DNA from: Eledone cirrhosa
Lineage: Eukaryota
NCBI GenBank assembly: GCA_964016885.1
Contig: OZ024751.1
Location: 29,760,001 to 29,824,000 of the forward strand
DNA length: 64,000 nucleotides
Reading direction: 5' to 3'
Shown: positions 1 through 13,253 of the stretch, in pieces
Layout: every line of letters starts with the position of its first letter
Position numbering within the stretch: position 1 is the stretch's first letter
Program-made: the position numbers and the translations under genes
The notes under the pieces: model-generated
The model's database searches: none
The model's input: only the letters and a program-made list of their open reading frames with translations
Told to the model about the DNA's origin: nothing

Positions 1-164
1 ATTTCTGTTCAAACCAACCATAACTGGCCACTCATACTGATGTTAAGGTATTGTTCTCAACATGAATAATATCAAAACCTCATAGATTCAATATTATGTG
101 AGATAAAGCCTTTACCGTGAAAATACAATGGTAAATATAAAGTAATGCAAATGCTAAAGGGCTA
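1..164 (+). mobile_element. Right part of a piggyBac-type MITE (same family as 40357-40583)
   Basis: Colinear with 40410-40583; ends aatgctaaagggctaa, a decayed AAAGGG-TTAA terminus. Confidence 0.65.
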
Positions 165-559
165 AATATATATAAATATATATATATATATCAGATTTGT
201 ATATGATAAAAAAGCTGTGTTGAATGAATGTGTGTGTCTATATGTATATATGTATATGTAATTTCCTGTATGGATTAGCGATGTCTATTTGTGTGATGGT
301 GATATATATATAAACTTAGAAAAGTTAAAAAAGAGACAAGGCAACAAACGAAAAACAATTTTTGAAGAGGAAACATAAACATTTTTTTTTTAAAAATACA
401 AATACAAACGAAAGACACAAAACTTTAATAAGTTTTGGCCAGTGTTGGCCCAGGTCATGTCTAGCTTAATAGCACTACATGTGTGTGTATGTGTGTAGAA
501 CAAGCAGATAACATCACAATTACAAGATTAATCTAAGTATGGACAATGAAATGAGAACT

Positions 560-720
560 ATCTACTTCTGTGGTTGGTATAAAGGATTTGGTTTGATGTT
601 TTGCGAACATTACTGAATATGAGAGGCACCTGAAGAAATCCTGAAAGTAGAGTGGTTGAAACTCAGTGACTATAATGACTAAGACAAGGGACAATTGTCG
701 GAATAAATCATTGCATAATA
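560..720 (+). mobile_element. Decayed PLE-like fragment with degenerate hammerhead (cac-CTGAAGA...GAAAC-tca-gtg)
   Basis: Core CTGAAGA 630-636, GAAAC 658-662, 3-bp stem I cac/gtg, AATAAA downstream; cleavage site decayed. Confidence 0.45.
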
Positions 721-734
721 AGGAAATACAAACA

Positions 735-1363
735 TTAACTCTTTCTAATGATATTGCACATCGTTTTCAAATGATTTATTTTTTTAAATAATGAAGAATT
801 TGGAGGAATTTAGTAAAATAACTAATGTTCTCATTATATGTCTGATTTACAGAACATAACTTACTTAAGAAAGATTCTTAACTAAAATTATGATGGAAGG
901 TTTTTAGATAAATATAAACACTTTAGCTCTTTACCACATTTCTAATAAAAGACACAGCTTGTGATATTAAAATCCTTTTGAAAATAATGAATAATTTGGA
1001 ATGATTCAGTAATATAACTAACTTTATCATCATTAAGCTAGTGTTTGGAACATAACAAACGTTCTTACATAAAATTAAGATGGAATATAAATACTTTAAC
1101 TCTTTAATTACCATATTTCCAATGAAAGTCATTGCCTCTGATATTCAAATAATTTTGAAAATAATAAAGAATCTAGAGGGATTTTTATAATATAACCAGC
1201 TTTCTCATTATTTATCTGGTGTTTGAAACATAATTTAACAAATATTCTTTACATGAAATTTATGATAGAAGAGTTTTAGATAAATATAAACACTTTTAAA
1301 GTAAACACCATTGTATGAAAGGAACAAGGACAGTTTTAGATAGTTTGGTATCAAAAGTGTTAA
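735..1363 (+). mobile_element. Tandem partial copies of a piggyBac-type MITE family
   Basis: About 3 units of ~180 bp starting TTAAC(C/T)CTTT; ends ggtatcaaaagtgttaa; homologous to 45016-45835 and 11850-12430. Confidence 0.6.
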
Positions 1364-1899
1364 ACAAATACTTTCCAATTTTATGAAATAATGTGGAAAT
1401 GATGATGAGGGTGAAGGTGATTTGCAAATAAAATTAAAATGATGATGATAACAATAATAATAATAATAATAATAATCAGTAAATGAAGTGGAAACTGATT
1501 TTTCTTTATTATGTATGTTGTTATTGTTATTTTTTCTTTATTATTTATATTATTATTATTGTTATTTATATTATTAATATTATTATTATCATTATTATTA
1601 ATATTAGTTTAATGGTTGTCATAAATATTAAAAGTGAGGAATTTTCTAGAGAAAAATATTTATCAATTTCAGAATGGTAATATCCATCGAAAGCCAAATT
1701 TCAGTGGTGATGGTATGAATTGGTTGAGGGAAGTTGATTTTAGTTGTCGTTATGGTGATTTAAGTGAGAAAGATGATGAAATTAAAAGAGGTGAGAGGAG
1801 GAGAGGAAGAAAAAAATATATGGAGGAAGATGAATATAGAAAACTGAAGAATTAAGGAATAAATTAATAAATTAAAATATCAGTAGACAACATTTGAAT

Positions 1900-2316
1900 C
1901 AAAGATGGTAGAATGGATAGATAAACATATAGATAGATAGATAGAGAGATAGATAGATAGATAGAGAGAGATGGGTAGGTAGATAGGCTGATAGAATGGA
2001 TGGGTAGATAGACAGATAGATAGATATAGCTAGCTAGATAGATAGACAAGCATGTATATAGATGGGCTGATAGAGTGGATGGATAGGTAGGTAGGTAGAT
2101 TAGTCGGATAGATAGAGAGGTAGATAGAGAGATAGAGAGAGAGGCAGGTAGATAAACACATAGATACATAAATAGATAAGCAGACAGGGAAATAGATTGA
2201 TAGTTAATTAGAGAGGCAGATAAGTACAGATAGACAGATAGATAGTCAGATAGATAGGCAGGTTGATATGTTTATTGAGGGATAGGAAGAGAAAAAACAA
2301 GTGAGAGAGAGTGTGT

Positions 2317-2353
<37 letters not shown>

Positions 2354-2670
2354 CGAGCATGTGAGATAGGTAGACAGGGAAAGACAAACACAAAGAGAGT
2401 CAGAATGAAATAAGTAGATAGATAGATAGATATAGTGATAGATAGATAGTAGGTAGATAGATAGATAGATATGTTTCTTTATTAGCCACAGGGGCACAAA
2501 AGAAGGGGACAAATACAAAGGGGGAAGTTTACATACAATAAAAACGTGTAAAATATTATCACAAATGCAATTTAAAAAATTAGATAGATAGATAGATAGA
2601 CAGACAGATAGATAAATAGATAGATAGATAGATAGATAGTAGGTAGATAGATAGATAGATAGATAAATAT

Positions 2671-2702
<32 letters not shown>

Positions 2703-2785
2703 TAGGTAGATAGATAGACAAATAGATAGATGTAGTGAGAGAAAGATAGACAGTAGATAGATAGATAGAGAGAGAGAGAGCAGAT
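1900..2785. repeat. (GATA)n/(GA)n compound microsatellite
   Basis: Directly visible. Confidence 0.95.
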
Positions 2786-3089
2786 AAGAATTCAAATAAG
2801 AATATTCAGGGAGGGGGATAGAGGGAAGGGGTAGGGATGAAACTTTGGTAGAGTAAATAAATAAAAATGTTTAATTATTCATTCCATTTTGGTTTGTTAA
2901 TGCAATAGTGTTTATTTATTCATGATTTCTAACCTTAGTTTTAATTTTATACTTTCAAAATACCTCCAGACTACCCTATATCTCTCCACCACCACCCCTC
3001 CCCCCTTTCCAGACTACCCCCCATGTCCTCTCCCTCCTCCCTTCACATTACAATTATCCAGTTATGCACACACGTGCCTGTTTATGTTT

Positions 3090-3242
3090 TGAAATATATA
3101 TAATATATAATATGCATATATATATATATACAAACGCACACACACATATATACGCACACACACACATATATATGCATATACATATACACACACATATATG
3201 TATATTTTATATATATATATATTATACATATATATGTGTGTG

Positions 3243-3285
<43 letters not shown>

Positions 3286-3313
3286 ATGTATATGCATATA
3301 TATATATGTATAT

Positions 3314-3358
<45 letters not shown>

Positions 3359-3625
3359 ATATTATATATATATATAATATATATATATATATATAATATA
3401 TATATGTATAATATATATATATATAATATATATATATAATATATATATGTATAATATATATATATATAATATATATATATAATATATATATGTATAATAT
3501 ATATATAATATATATATATAATATATATATGTATAATATATATATATATATTATATATATATAATATATATATATATAATATATATATATATTATATACA
3601 TATATATAATATATATATATTATAT
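3090..3625. repeat. (TA)n-rich compound microsatellite; similar tracts recur at e.g. 7330-7455, 13900-14345, 36410-36625, 47720-47960, 48220-48560
   Basis: Directly visible. Confidence 0.95.
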
Positions 3626-3811
3626 GCGGTGGATTGGCAGTATCGGTAGAGGGTCGGACGCCATATTTTCCAGCAGAGTTACGTCCCTTTACGATCTGAG
3701 TTCAAATCTCGCCGACGTTGACTTTGCCTTTCATCCTTACGGGGTCGATAAAATAAAGTACCAGTAATGCACTGGGTAATTGCTGGCCTTGTGCTTAAAG
3801 TAGAAACAATT
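3626..3811 (+). mobile_element. tRNA-derived SINE, family A (octopus-type)
   Basis: A-box-like tggcagtatcggta, B-box-like gagttcaaatc, body ctttgcctttcatccttacggggtcgataaaataaagtaccag; more than 10 copies in the window. Confidence 0.85.
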
Positions 3812-4063
3812 ATATATATATACACACCCATATACATATTCTTATGTCATCATTTTGAGCCAAACACTTCAATTTATGTTGCTCCAGTCAACTCAGCTGG
3901 AATTGTGTGTCACTAACAACTGTGAGTTAACCTTGCAATGTACTGGCATCTTGTCCAGGGGAAAATGTTGTATGTCGGGCTTCTGTTGTTCCCCTCGACC
4001 AAATTCTACACCCAAGTAAATAAGTAAATAGTCAAATTGTGGCTATTGTGTGAAACACTTTCT

Positions 4064-4880
4064 CAAGGCCATGGTTGGACCTTGAGAGGCCCGGGGGCAG
4101 ATTTGGAGGGCCCCTTATACACAAAAAAAAACATTAGAATATACAGCAAACCCTTCAATTTTATATATCAAAGTTAACTTCGCATAAATAATTGGAATTG
4201 AAAAGTTATACATACAAGTATTAAATTCAAAAATTCTAACCACCCTAAAATTAAAAAGCCCAGCTGAGGGCACAAATAAATTGCTATGGTCATCACTGGT
4301 GCATCCCTCTCCCTTACTGACGGGGGCCTGGAGCAATTGCTCACTTTGCTCCCCCCATTAGAGGCCTTGGGAAATTGCTTACTTTGCTCCCATTAGGAGC
4401 CCAAGGCAATTGCTCACTTTACCCCTCCCCCCATTAGGGGCACGGGGAAATTGCTCTCTTTGCCCCCAATTAGAGGCCTGGGGTAATTGCTCACCTTACC
4501 CCATTAGGGGCCCAGGGCAATTGGTCACTTTGCCCCCAATTAGAATCCTGGGGCAGTTGCTCACTTTGCTCCCCATTAGGGGCCCGAGTCAATTACTCAC
4601 TTTATGCCCATTAGGAGCCCAGGGCAATTGCTCACTTTGCTCCCATTAGGGGCCCAGCGAAATTGCTCACTTTGGCCCCATTAAGGTCCCAGAGCAATTG
4701 CTCACCCCCCCCCCCCCCCCTCATCCTTAGGGGCTCAGGGCAATTGCTCACTTTGCCTCCCGTTAGAGGCCCGGAGCAATTACTCACTTTGCTCCCCATT
4801 AGGGACCCAGGTCAATTACTCACTTTGTTCCCCATTAGGGGCTCAGGGCACTTGCTCAGCCCCCCTTAAATCCTGCCTTG
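4064..4880. mobile_element. Putative hAT-type non-autonomous element carrying a GC-rich internal minisatellite
   Basis: Termini caaggcc.../...ccttaaatcctgccttg with GGGCCC-rich subterminals; only a short TIR match and no 8-bp TSD seen. Confidence 0.45.
4320..4865. repeat. Minisatellite, ~15 copies of ~36 bp (attaggggcccagggcaattgctcactttgctcccc)
   Basis: Head-to-tail units, no unique spacers. Confidence 0.9.
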
Positions 4881-5574
4881 CCCTGCCGAAAGCATTGAAC
4901 AGCAAGACTGAACCCAGTATTACATGGTTTTAGTTGTTCTCTTCCTGTATGGACAACACTCCTTTGACTTGAATGTCAATTAGATAAAAAATGTTTGTCC
5001 TTCTCAGTTAAGTCAAGGATCTACCACTTTATATAAAACATTTATCTCAAAGATTACTTCCCTGTTTAATACAATCTATTGGCTGAAATGTTTGCTATCA
5101 TGAATATTTGATGGTTTACTACCTAAAGTGTCCATTTGATGTTTAATGATCTAATTTTTGTGAATATCCAAAACTTAATTGCTAAATGTACTGCATGCTA
5201 TAAATATATATTAGTTGTATATATTTAATCTACTACTCTGACTAATTCTAAATATCTGTACCATAATCATAGTCATGATGTTTTTGTAGACTCCATCAAA
5301 TTATTGAAGTTAAACTATATATTTAAACACCTAGTCAACACTGCCAGGTAAAAGTGATTATTTCAAAACGGCAGGCTTTAGTCTCTCTCTCCCTCTCTCT
5401 ATCTCCCTCACACACACACACACACAATCTCTCTCTCACACACACCAACTGTTTAGTTTCTATCAGTTAATCTTTTCTTGGTGTTATTAAACTATCAACA
5501 GTGAAAACCAAAGGTAATTTATTATCAATTACCTCCATCGTTTATGATTTCATACCTCCATTTCTTTATATATT

Positions 5575-5615
<41 letters not shown>

Positions 5616-5617
<2 letters not shown>

Positions 5618-6033
5618 CGAAGGAGTTGTGGTAAGGAACCATATGGACCATAACGCACCAGAGTACTCAATACTTAGGGTAGTAGAGTGGGTAATAGGAG
5701 AAAGTATGACCCCAACGGCAGAGCTCAAGCTGTTTCGACAGCTATTTCTGGACTAATTTAGAGTTTTTAGTCTGGTAAATAAATAGCCAAACTTTTCAAG
5801 GGGTACTTCCTTATATGGGAAGATTGTAGTTGTCAAGAGGATTGGGCAAAATTTGTTGCAAACACAGATAAGTCTATCATGGCAGTGGGTGGGACAACTA
5901 CAATCTTCCCATATAAGGAAGTACCCCTTGAAAAGTTCGGCTATTTATTTACCAGACTAAAAACTCTAATTTAGTCCAGAAATAGCCGTCGAAACGGCTT
6001 GAGCTCTGCCGTTGGGGTCATACTTTCTCCTAT
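5616..6033. mobile_element. HHR family 1 element: PLE-like remnant with 140-bp fold-back inverted repeat in (TA)n
   Basis: Arms 5695-5834 and 5893-6032 with 58-bp spacer; related copies at 24419-24645 and 28424-28590. Confidence 0.8.
5916..6030 (+). ncRNA. Type I hammerhead ribozyme, U3-A8 core variant (UUGAAAA), predicted cleavage GUU after 6013
   Basis: Stem I ACCCC 5923-5927/GGGGU 6014-6018; core TTGAAAA 5928-5934; stem II cggctattt/aaatagccg plus gactaaa/tttagtc; GAAA 5991-5994; stem III ACGGC/GCCGU; mirrored, slightly decayed copy on the minus strand at ~5697-5811. Confidence 0.75.
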
Positions 6034-6040
6034 ATATATA

Positions 6041-6239
6041 TATAACAAATTTAATATAGAAATGGCTTCTACATAACTAGAACTGTTTCATTCGAAGCAG
6101 GGCTTTCCTGATGATTACCTTTGAATGAAACAGTTCTAGTCTTGTAGAAACCATTTCTATATTAAATTTGTTATATACACTCTACTAATGTATTGAATAC
6201 CATACTTACTGTGGTTACCCCCGATTGAATCCATGACTC
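6041..6239 (+). mobile_element. HHR family 2 element with 5' fold-back; hammerhead at 6101-6152, predicted cleavage GUA after 6146
   Basis: Inverted arms 6041-6097/6119-6176; CTGATGA 6108-6114, GAAA 6127-6130, stem III ACAG/UUGU, stem I ggctttc/gaaacc; other copies at 11110-11375, 33040-33174, 42620-42680, 55500-55695. Confidence 0.7.
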
Positions 6240-6319
<80 letters not shown>

Positions 6320-6459
6320 CAGTTTTGTAGCTTGCTTGAAGCATTGTTTAATAGGAAACACAAACTTAAATTTTGAAGACCAAAACAATGCGTATGGAGA
6401 AATCTTGGCAATTTAACATTCTCCATACGCATTTGTGTTTCATATATACATATATATAT

Positions 6460-6765
6460 ATCATCATTGTTTTTATGTCCATTTTTCCTTGCCTGAATGG
6501 TTTGGATGGGTCTTTCTCAGCACAGGATCTATCCACTCGTTGCATCCCTTCATTATCATCTCTTTACGTCTCAGCGATTTGAGGTCACCTCTCACCAACT
6601 CTGCCTAAGTCTGGTCTACCTCTACTGCTGCTTCCTTCCAGTGGAATTTCCTCATCATCATTCATGCACATGATATGTCTATATCAAAGCAGTCTTCTCT
6701 CCTGCACATCATTTCAGATTCCGCTTAAACCCAGCTTCTCCCTCAACTCAGCCTCTACTTTCATG
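6460..6765 (-). mobile_element. Decayed RTE-clade LINE 3' fragment; related pieces at 26690-27000 and 31113-31260
   Basis: Minus-strand reading AELREKLGLSGI*NDVQERRLL*Y...RGRP; 3' tail with (GAT)n. Confidence 0.7.
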
Positions 6766-7223
6766 ACCATATTTCTAACAAAAATGTACTACACTGTATT
6801 TCAATTGATTAATTCTTATCCTTATATGCCACATTAGAAAGATATTGTTGAAAAGAAAAAGGAACAGCACTATAAATGCATCATATAAAATAAATTTAAA
6901 GGCTTTACTCAATCTCTGATAATCTTCCTAACAATCTATCCACTAGCAAAAATATTAACAGTTTATTGTGACATCCATTTCCCTCTACTAAATTTTACTC
7001 ATAAGGCATCGGTCTACCCAAAGTTATAGTAGAAGACACTACTTCATGATGCTGGGCAGTGAGACTGAACTCATATCCAACTGGTTGCAAAGTGAACTCC
7101 TTAACCAGTCAGCTATATCTACTCTTTCTCTCTCTCTCTCTCTCTCTCTATGTATACATATTTATCTACATACATATATATGTATGTATACACTCTCTCT
7201 CTATATATATATATACACACACA

Positions 7224-7325
7224 CAGAGGGTGTCTCAAAAAATGTATACACAAAGGCTGTGCATTCTAATAAATATTTCCTGTACAAGTAATCAAAGTGT
7301 ATATACACTTTTGGAGGACACCCTG
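7224..7325. mobile_element. Tc1/mariner-type MITE; second copy at 32816-32916
   Basis: TIRs cag(a)gggtgtctcaaaa / ttttggaggacaccctg. Confidence 0.7.
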
Positions 7326-7345
7326 TGTGTATGTGTGTGTATATA

Positions 7346-7797
<452 letters not shown>

Positions 7798-7804
7798 ATA
7801 TATG

Positions 7805-7851
<47 letters not shown>

Positions 7852-9140
7852 GTGTGTATATATGTGTATATAACACAACACAAAGATGTCATTGGCAGAT
7901 TTATAGTTCTAAATACATAAGGAAGTCTGCAACCTAAACAGACGAGAGTTAATCATTGTCATAAATACTAAAATACATCCTATATTTATTCTAAGTGAAT
8001 AAATATGTGAATATGAATGGTTTATCATAACTTTCATCATTGCACTATTTTGAAATGGTTAACATATCTTACATTATATTAAACTTCAATAAATGTATTC
8101 ATTGAAGTAAGCTCAAGAAATAGAGAACTTTTAATGCCATACTCCTGATTTCTGACATTTGATCATTATATGCTTAGCTATGTTTTATATTTTTTTCTTA
8201 TCTTTTCACAAACTATAACATGGCCATTTACTATAATATACTCTCTAATATAGTACAGTAGTACAAAAAAAGAGAAAAACCAAAACAAAAAAATGGATGG
8301 GAGGAGGGAATGTTTTCTCTCTAAATTATCTGTAAAAAAAGATCTTGAGGAATTATATAAATAACAACAATAATAATAACAACAAAAATAAAAGGAAAGA
8401 GAAGAGAGAATGTAATAATGGTAATGATAGTATTTGTTATTCTTCTATGAATATAACAATCCTTCAAAAATAACAAAAATGGTTTGGTTTCTTTCTGGTC
8501 ATAATAGAATAAAGCCAAAGAAATCTTTTTACATGTAAGAAATAAACAATTGAATGGTTGTTGATACCACAAAAGCCCAAACAGAAAGAAAGAGAGAAAG
8601 AGAATGAATAAAGAAATGAGAGAGAGAAAGAGAGAGGGGAGCATTTTTCTTGGTCTCTTTTCTCATACAAATGATTCTCTGCTTTGTAATATATCCCCTA
8701 TATTTTATAAGAGCAAGCATACATATTTCTTGTAAACTTATTCTGTCTGTCAGAAACGGTGTGATGAAGACCAAAGAAATTTCTTACGTGTATTGTTTTT
8801 ATTGTTGTTGTTGCATTCATCATTATCATCATCATCATCAACCATATAACTAACTTGCCGTAATTCATGGGGACCCATTGGTTGGTGGTTTATTTGGCTA
8901 TATAGTAGTAACCCCTGCCTGAAAATGGAATCACAAATATCATGAAAATTACTAGTCTTATAGCAAGTTGCCCACACTGTTTATTATGTATGTATGCATG
9001 TACATATGCATGTTTGTATACACACTCATACACACATATATGTATATATACATATATATATGTGTTTGTATATATGTGCATGTGTGTGTGTATGTATATG
9101 TATATGTTTGAATGTATATATATATATATGTTTATATGTA

Positions 9141-9189
<49 letters not shown>

Positions 9190-9304
9190 ATATATATGTA
9201 TGTGTGTGTATATATATGTATGTGTGTGTATGTATATATATATATATATTATATGTATCATTATCATCATTTTACGTCCGCTTTTCCTTGTTTGCAAGGT
9301 TATG

Positions 9305-9342
<38 letters not shown>

Positions 9343-9389
9343 CCTGTGTGTATATGTATATATATATGTATCTATGTGTCTATATGTAT

Positions 9390-9442
<53 letters not shown>

Positions 9443-10031
9443 TATAAATATTGTTTTTTCCTTGTATTTATATTTGTTTAGACGTTATACAAACCAAGTA
9501 GTAGAATATAAGGTGTTGAAGTGAATTAGAATGCCTTTGAAGCAAATAGTTATTTCTTGGTATTATTTCTAGGATATGTATTACCTTAAGATGAAAGTAT
9601 ATATCAACACACCATAATACCTTTGTGTAAACAGGGCTTATCATTGATCCCCCCTGCCACTTATTATCATTATTATTATTATTATTATTTTTATTATCAC
9701 CATTATTATTATCATCGTCGTCATCGTCATTAATATTATCATCATTATTTTCACCATTATTATTATTTTTTTATTAGCATTATTAGTTGTTGTTGTAGTA
9801 GTAGTGGTAGTAGTGGTAGTAGTGGTAGTAGTGGTAGTAGTAGTGCCATTGCTGTTTACACAGTATCGATGTTTTGGTCAGTATACAACATCTGATAGGA
9901 AGTACTCTTCCTATCAGACCACAACCTGCGGTCTAGGATGAGAAGCATTCTTGTCTGTTACTACCATTATCATTATTTCTATTATTATTATTATTATTAT
10001 TATATTATTATTAATATTATTATTATTATCA

Positions 10032-10062
<31 letters not shown>

Positions 10063-10319
10063 GCCACATTTACTTTAGATATATTGAACGATAGTGAAAG
10101 ATATCATTGACCATGCATGCACAAAAACAACACAGAATGTGTCCATTTGAAAGCAAGTTTCAACATGTAAATCTTACATCATAATAGAACAATATATACA
10201 TATATATAATATATATATATATAATATATATATATATGTATATATATATATGTGTGTATATATATACATATACACATACATCCTTAAATATATATATATA
10301 TATACATATACACATACAT

Positions 10320-10372
<53 letters not shown>

Positions 10373-11161
10373 TGTATGTATGTTTGTATACATACTCACC
10401 CACAGATATATACATTTTCAAACTTGATGAATTACCATTATCATACATTTTTATTTTCTTGCTGCTTTTAAATAGTTTTGTTGTGTTATCTATATTAATA
10501 CTAGTTGATATTTTTTTATATTTTCTCCACCCCAAACCTACCCTAAACCCACCCCATACATGTGTAGAGGGTTATTATCTCTTTTGTTAACCAATAAATT
10601 TGCATAACAACATCGTTCGAGTACTTGAGAGGGTTTACACAACTGTTGCAATAGTCTGGTAGCTTTTAAGCTAACAAGTCAAGGTAGTTTTCTGGTTGTC
10701 ATAAAAAGTTTCTTTTGAATTTGTGGCTAATATCTTTGAAAAGTAGTGAAGAAAGCGGGAATTAGTAGTTAATGTGTTGGGCTCATGATCATAAAATCTT
10801 GAGTAAAGTTCTCAGATCAGTTGATATGTGTTGTGATCATTGTGCAATGCATTTCATTTCATGTTGCTCCAGTTCACACAGTTGAAAAATGTGTACCAGC
10901 AACTTTGGCTGTGAATTTGTCCAGTAGTGGATTGACATCTTCACCATAAGGATGCTTTGCACTCTCAGTTGCTTAATGTTTATGAAACTCTGGGCTTTGT
11001 CCAACCCCTGCAAGCATAACTATTTTTAATAGATTAATGTATCATCTCTACCTCATGTATTGAGTATTTTTATTTAACTGTGTTTCTTTTCATTCCTAGC
11101 AAAACATGTTTCAATGAATGAAACAATTCTAGTATTGTACAAGTAATTTCTATATGAAATA

Positions 11162-11335
11162 CCGTATTTCCTGGCGCCGAAGACGCTTCGTTCTCAAACA
11201 CACCCTAATTTTGACAACCAAAAATCTTTAAAAGAAATAATAAACAAATAAACAACCTTTGACCTCCAGGACGCATGGTAGATTTTTGAGACTTATTTTA
11301 AGAAAAAAGTAGCACTTCGACACTGGGAAATATGG
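11162..11335. mobile_element. pogo/Tc2-type MITE with TA target duplication, nested in a family-2 fragment
   Basis: TA-ccgtatttcctggcgccgaag ... cttcgacactgggaaatatgg-TA imperfect TIRs; family-2 sequence continues on both sides. Confidence 0.75.
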
Positions 11336-11491
11336 TAGATATGTATTTTCTCTATTAATGTATTGAGTACCTTTGGAAAATCATTCTTAATTATATATAT
11401 ATATATAAAATTGAGATGAGCAGAACAAGCAAACATTAAACAATCTTTTAAATAAATTAAAATATGATTTAAATATTCACCTGTCCAAAAT

Positions 11492-11570
11492 GCTGTTACC
11501 GACGGTTTCGCTTCACAAAAGATTGGAAATCCAGAGAATTTCCAATGGAAAAATCAGCTCTTCAGATAGC
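11492..11570 (-). ncRNA. Type I hammerhead ribozyme (CUGAAGA core), predicted cleavage GUA
   Basis: Minus strand gctat-CTGAAGA-gct...(ttggaaat/atttccaa hairpin)...agc-GAA-ACC-gtc-GGT-A-acagc; stem I 4 of 5 pairs. Confidence 0.75.
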
Positions 11571-11790
11571 TATTTCCATTCTGTAGGACGTAAAGTCTCA
11601 CAGTTTGTAAATATATTGCCTACTGCCAGATAGTATGAGGTCAGGCCGTTAAAGTGACCCACACATAAACTGGCCGTTAGTAAAAGTGGGAATATTATAG
11701 ACGTGTTGTTTGCCACGCCACTAAAAATAGCAGCAAGGGACAACGTTTTTTTCTCTACACACATGGGAGAATATACATAAAATGTATATT

Positions 11791-11821
<31 letters not shown>

Positions 11822-13202
11822 ATTATGATGATAATTATAATCAGCATCTTTTTACATCCGTATTTCTAATGGTATACACTATTTTAATGAAGAATTTTGA
11901 GGCTTTTACTAAGATTATTTCATTACTAAGACATTAACTGTACATATGGTTCATAATTATAATTTCAATCTAAATAAGAACTTTTTAAAATCGTTGGTTT
12001 TATTTCATACAATGAGAACTAGTTTTGACCAGGTTGGTATCAAAAGGGTTAATACTTTCGTTTCCATATTTCTAATAAAATACAGAATATTTCAATTAAT
12101 AAATGAATAACTTTGAAGAATTCTTTAACATTATTTATTATTCAATTACTAAGATAATAACTTAACATATGGTTCTTATATAAAATTATATTGGAAGGTT
12201 TTAATTTAAATAAGAACCCTTTAAAATGGGTGGCTGTTTTTCATAGAACCAGAACCTGATGTGGTTTTATGCAGGTTAGTATCAAAAGGTTACATAATTT
12301 AACAAATGGTTCTTATATCAAATTATCTTGGAAGGTTTTAATTGATTTAAATAAGGACCCTTTATAATAGATGGTTTCGTTTCTTAGAAGCAGAACCTAA
12401 TTTGGCTGGGCTGGTATCAAGTGTTAAACCTTTATTGTAATCTAAAAGTATCTGTTTTATCAAAGTTTTAGATCCACCTCTAACATTTAACTTTGTTAAC
12501 CCCTAAATTACTGGTGGACTCCACCTTCTTTCTAGCAACTAAAATGTCACACCTAGGTAACAGCAGAATTTATCCTAATTGAGGAAAATATCCAAACATA
12601 TATATTCCTTTCACACACACCCCCCACACACCCCACCCCTTTCTGAACAGGAAATAATAGATTATTTGCTATTCAGAAACAATAATGACATATCATAAAT
12701 TATTATTATTATTTATCTGAAAAAAAAAAAGCAACATTTCTCCCCTTTGTTTAAAAGCCCATAGAATTTATTATGGCCAAGTTTAGAGAATTATGGCGGC
12801 ACCAACTTTAGGAAATGTTGGATTTAATACACGACAGGAAGAAAAAGTTTGGCAAATTCTCATTTAGTTCGATATCTTCTAAGCATATGCTTTATTTTTG
12901 TGGGTTTCCATAATGGTTTCAAGAATTCCTTTTCGGTAGTTTTACCATAATTGTTGGTTTCTTTTTCATATTTATTTATTTTATTTTATTTTAGTTTTTG
13001 TTATTTTTATTTTTATTTTATTTTTGCAAAAGAAAATGAACAATAACAACAAAATTTGTCATTTGCTGAAATGATACAGAACAATGAATCTACATTCAGT
13101 AAAAATTCTTATTATAGATGTATGTGTGTGTATATATATATATATGTGTGTGTGTGTGTATGTGTGTATATGTATTGGTGTATATATGTATGTGTATGTA
13201 TT

Positions 13203-13253
<51 letters not shown>

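Noticed and set aside
3626-3720. tRNA gene
   Set aside because: A/B boxes only; no cloverleaf, and it continues into a multicopy SINE body
4320-4865. CRISPR-like array of ~36-bp palindromic repeats
   Set aside because: Units are contiguous with no unique spacers, there are no cas genes, and the context is eukaryotic
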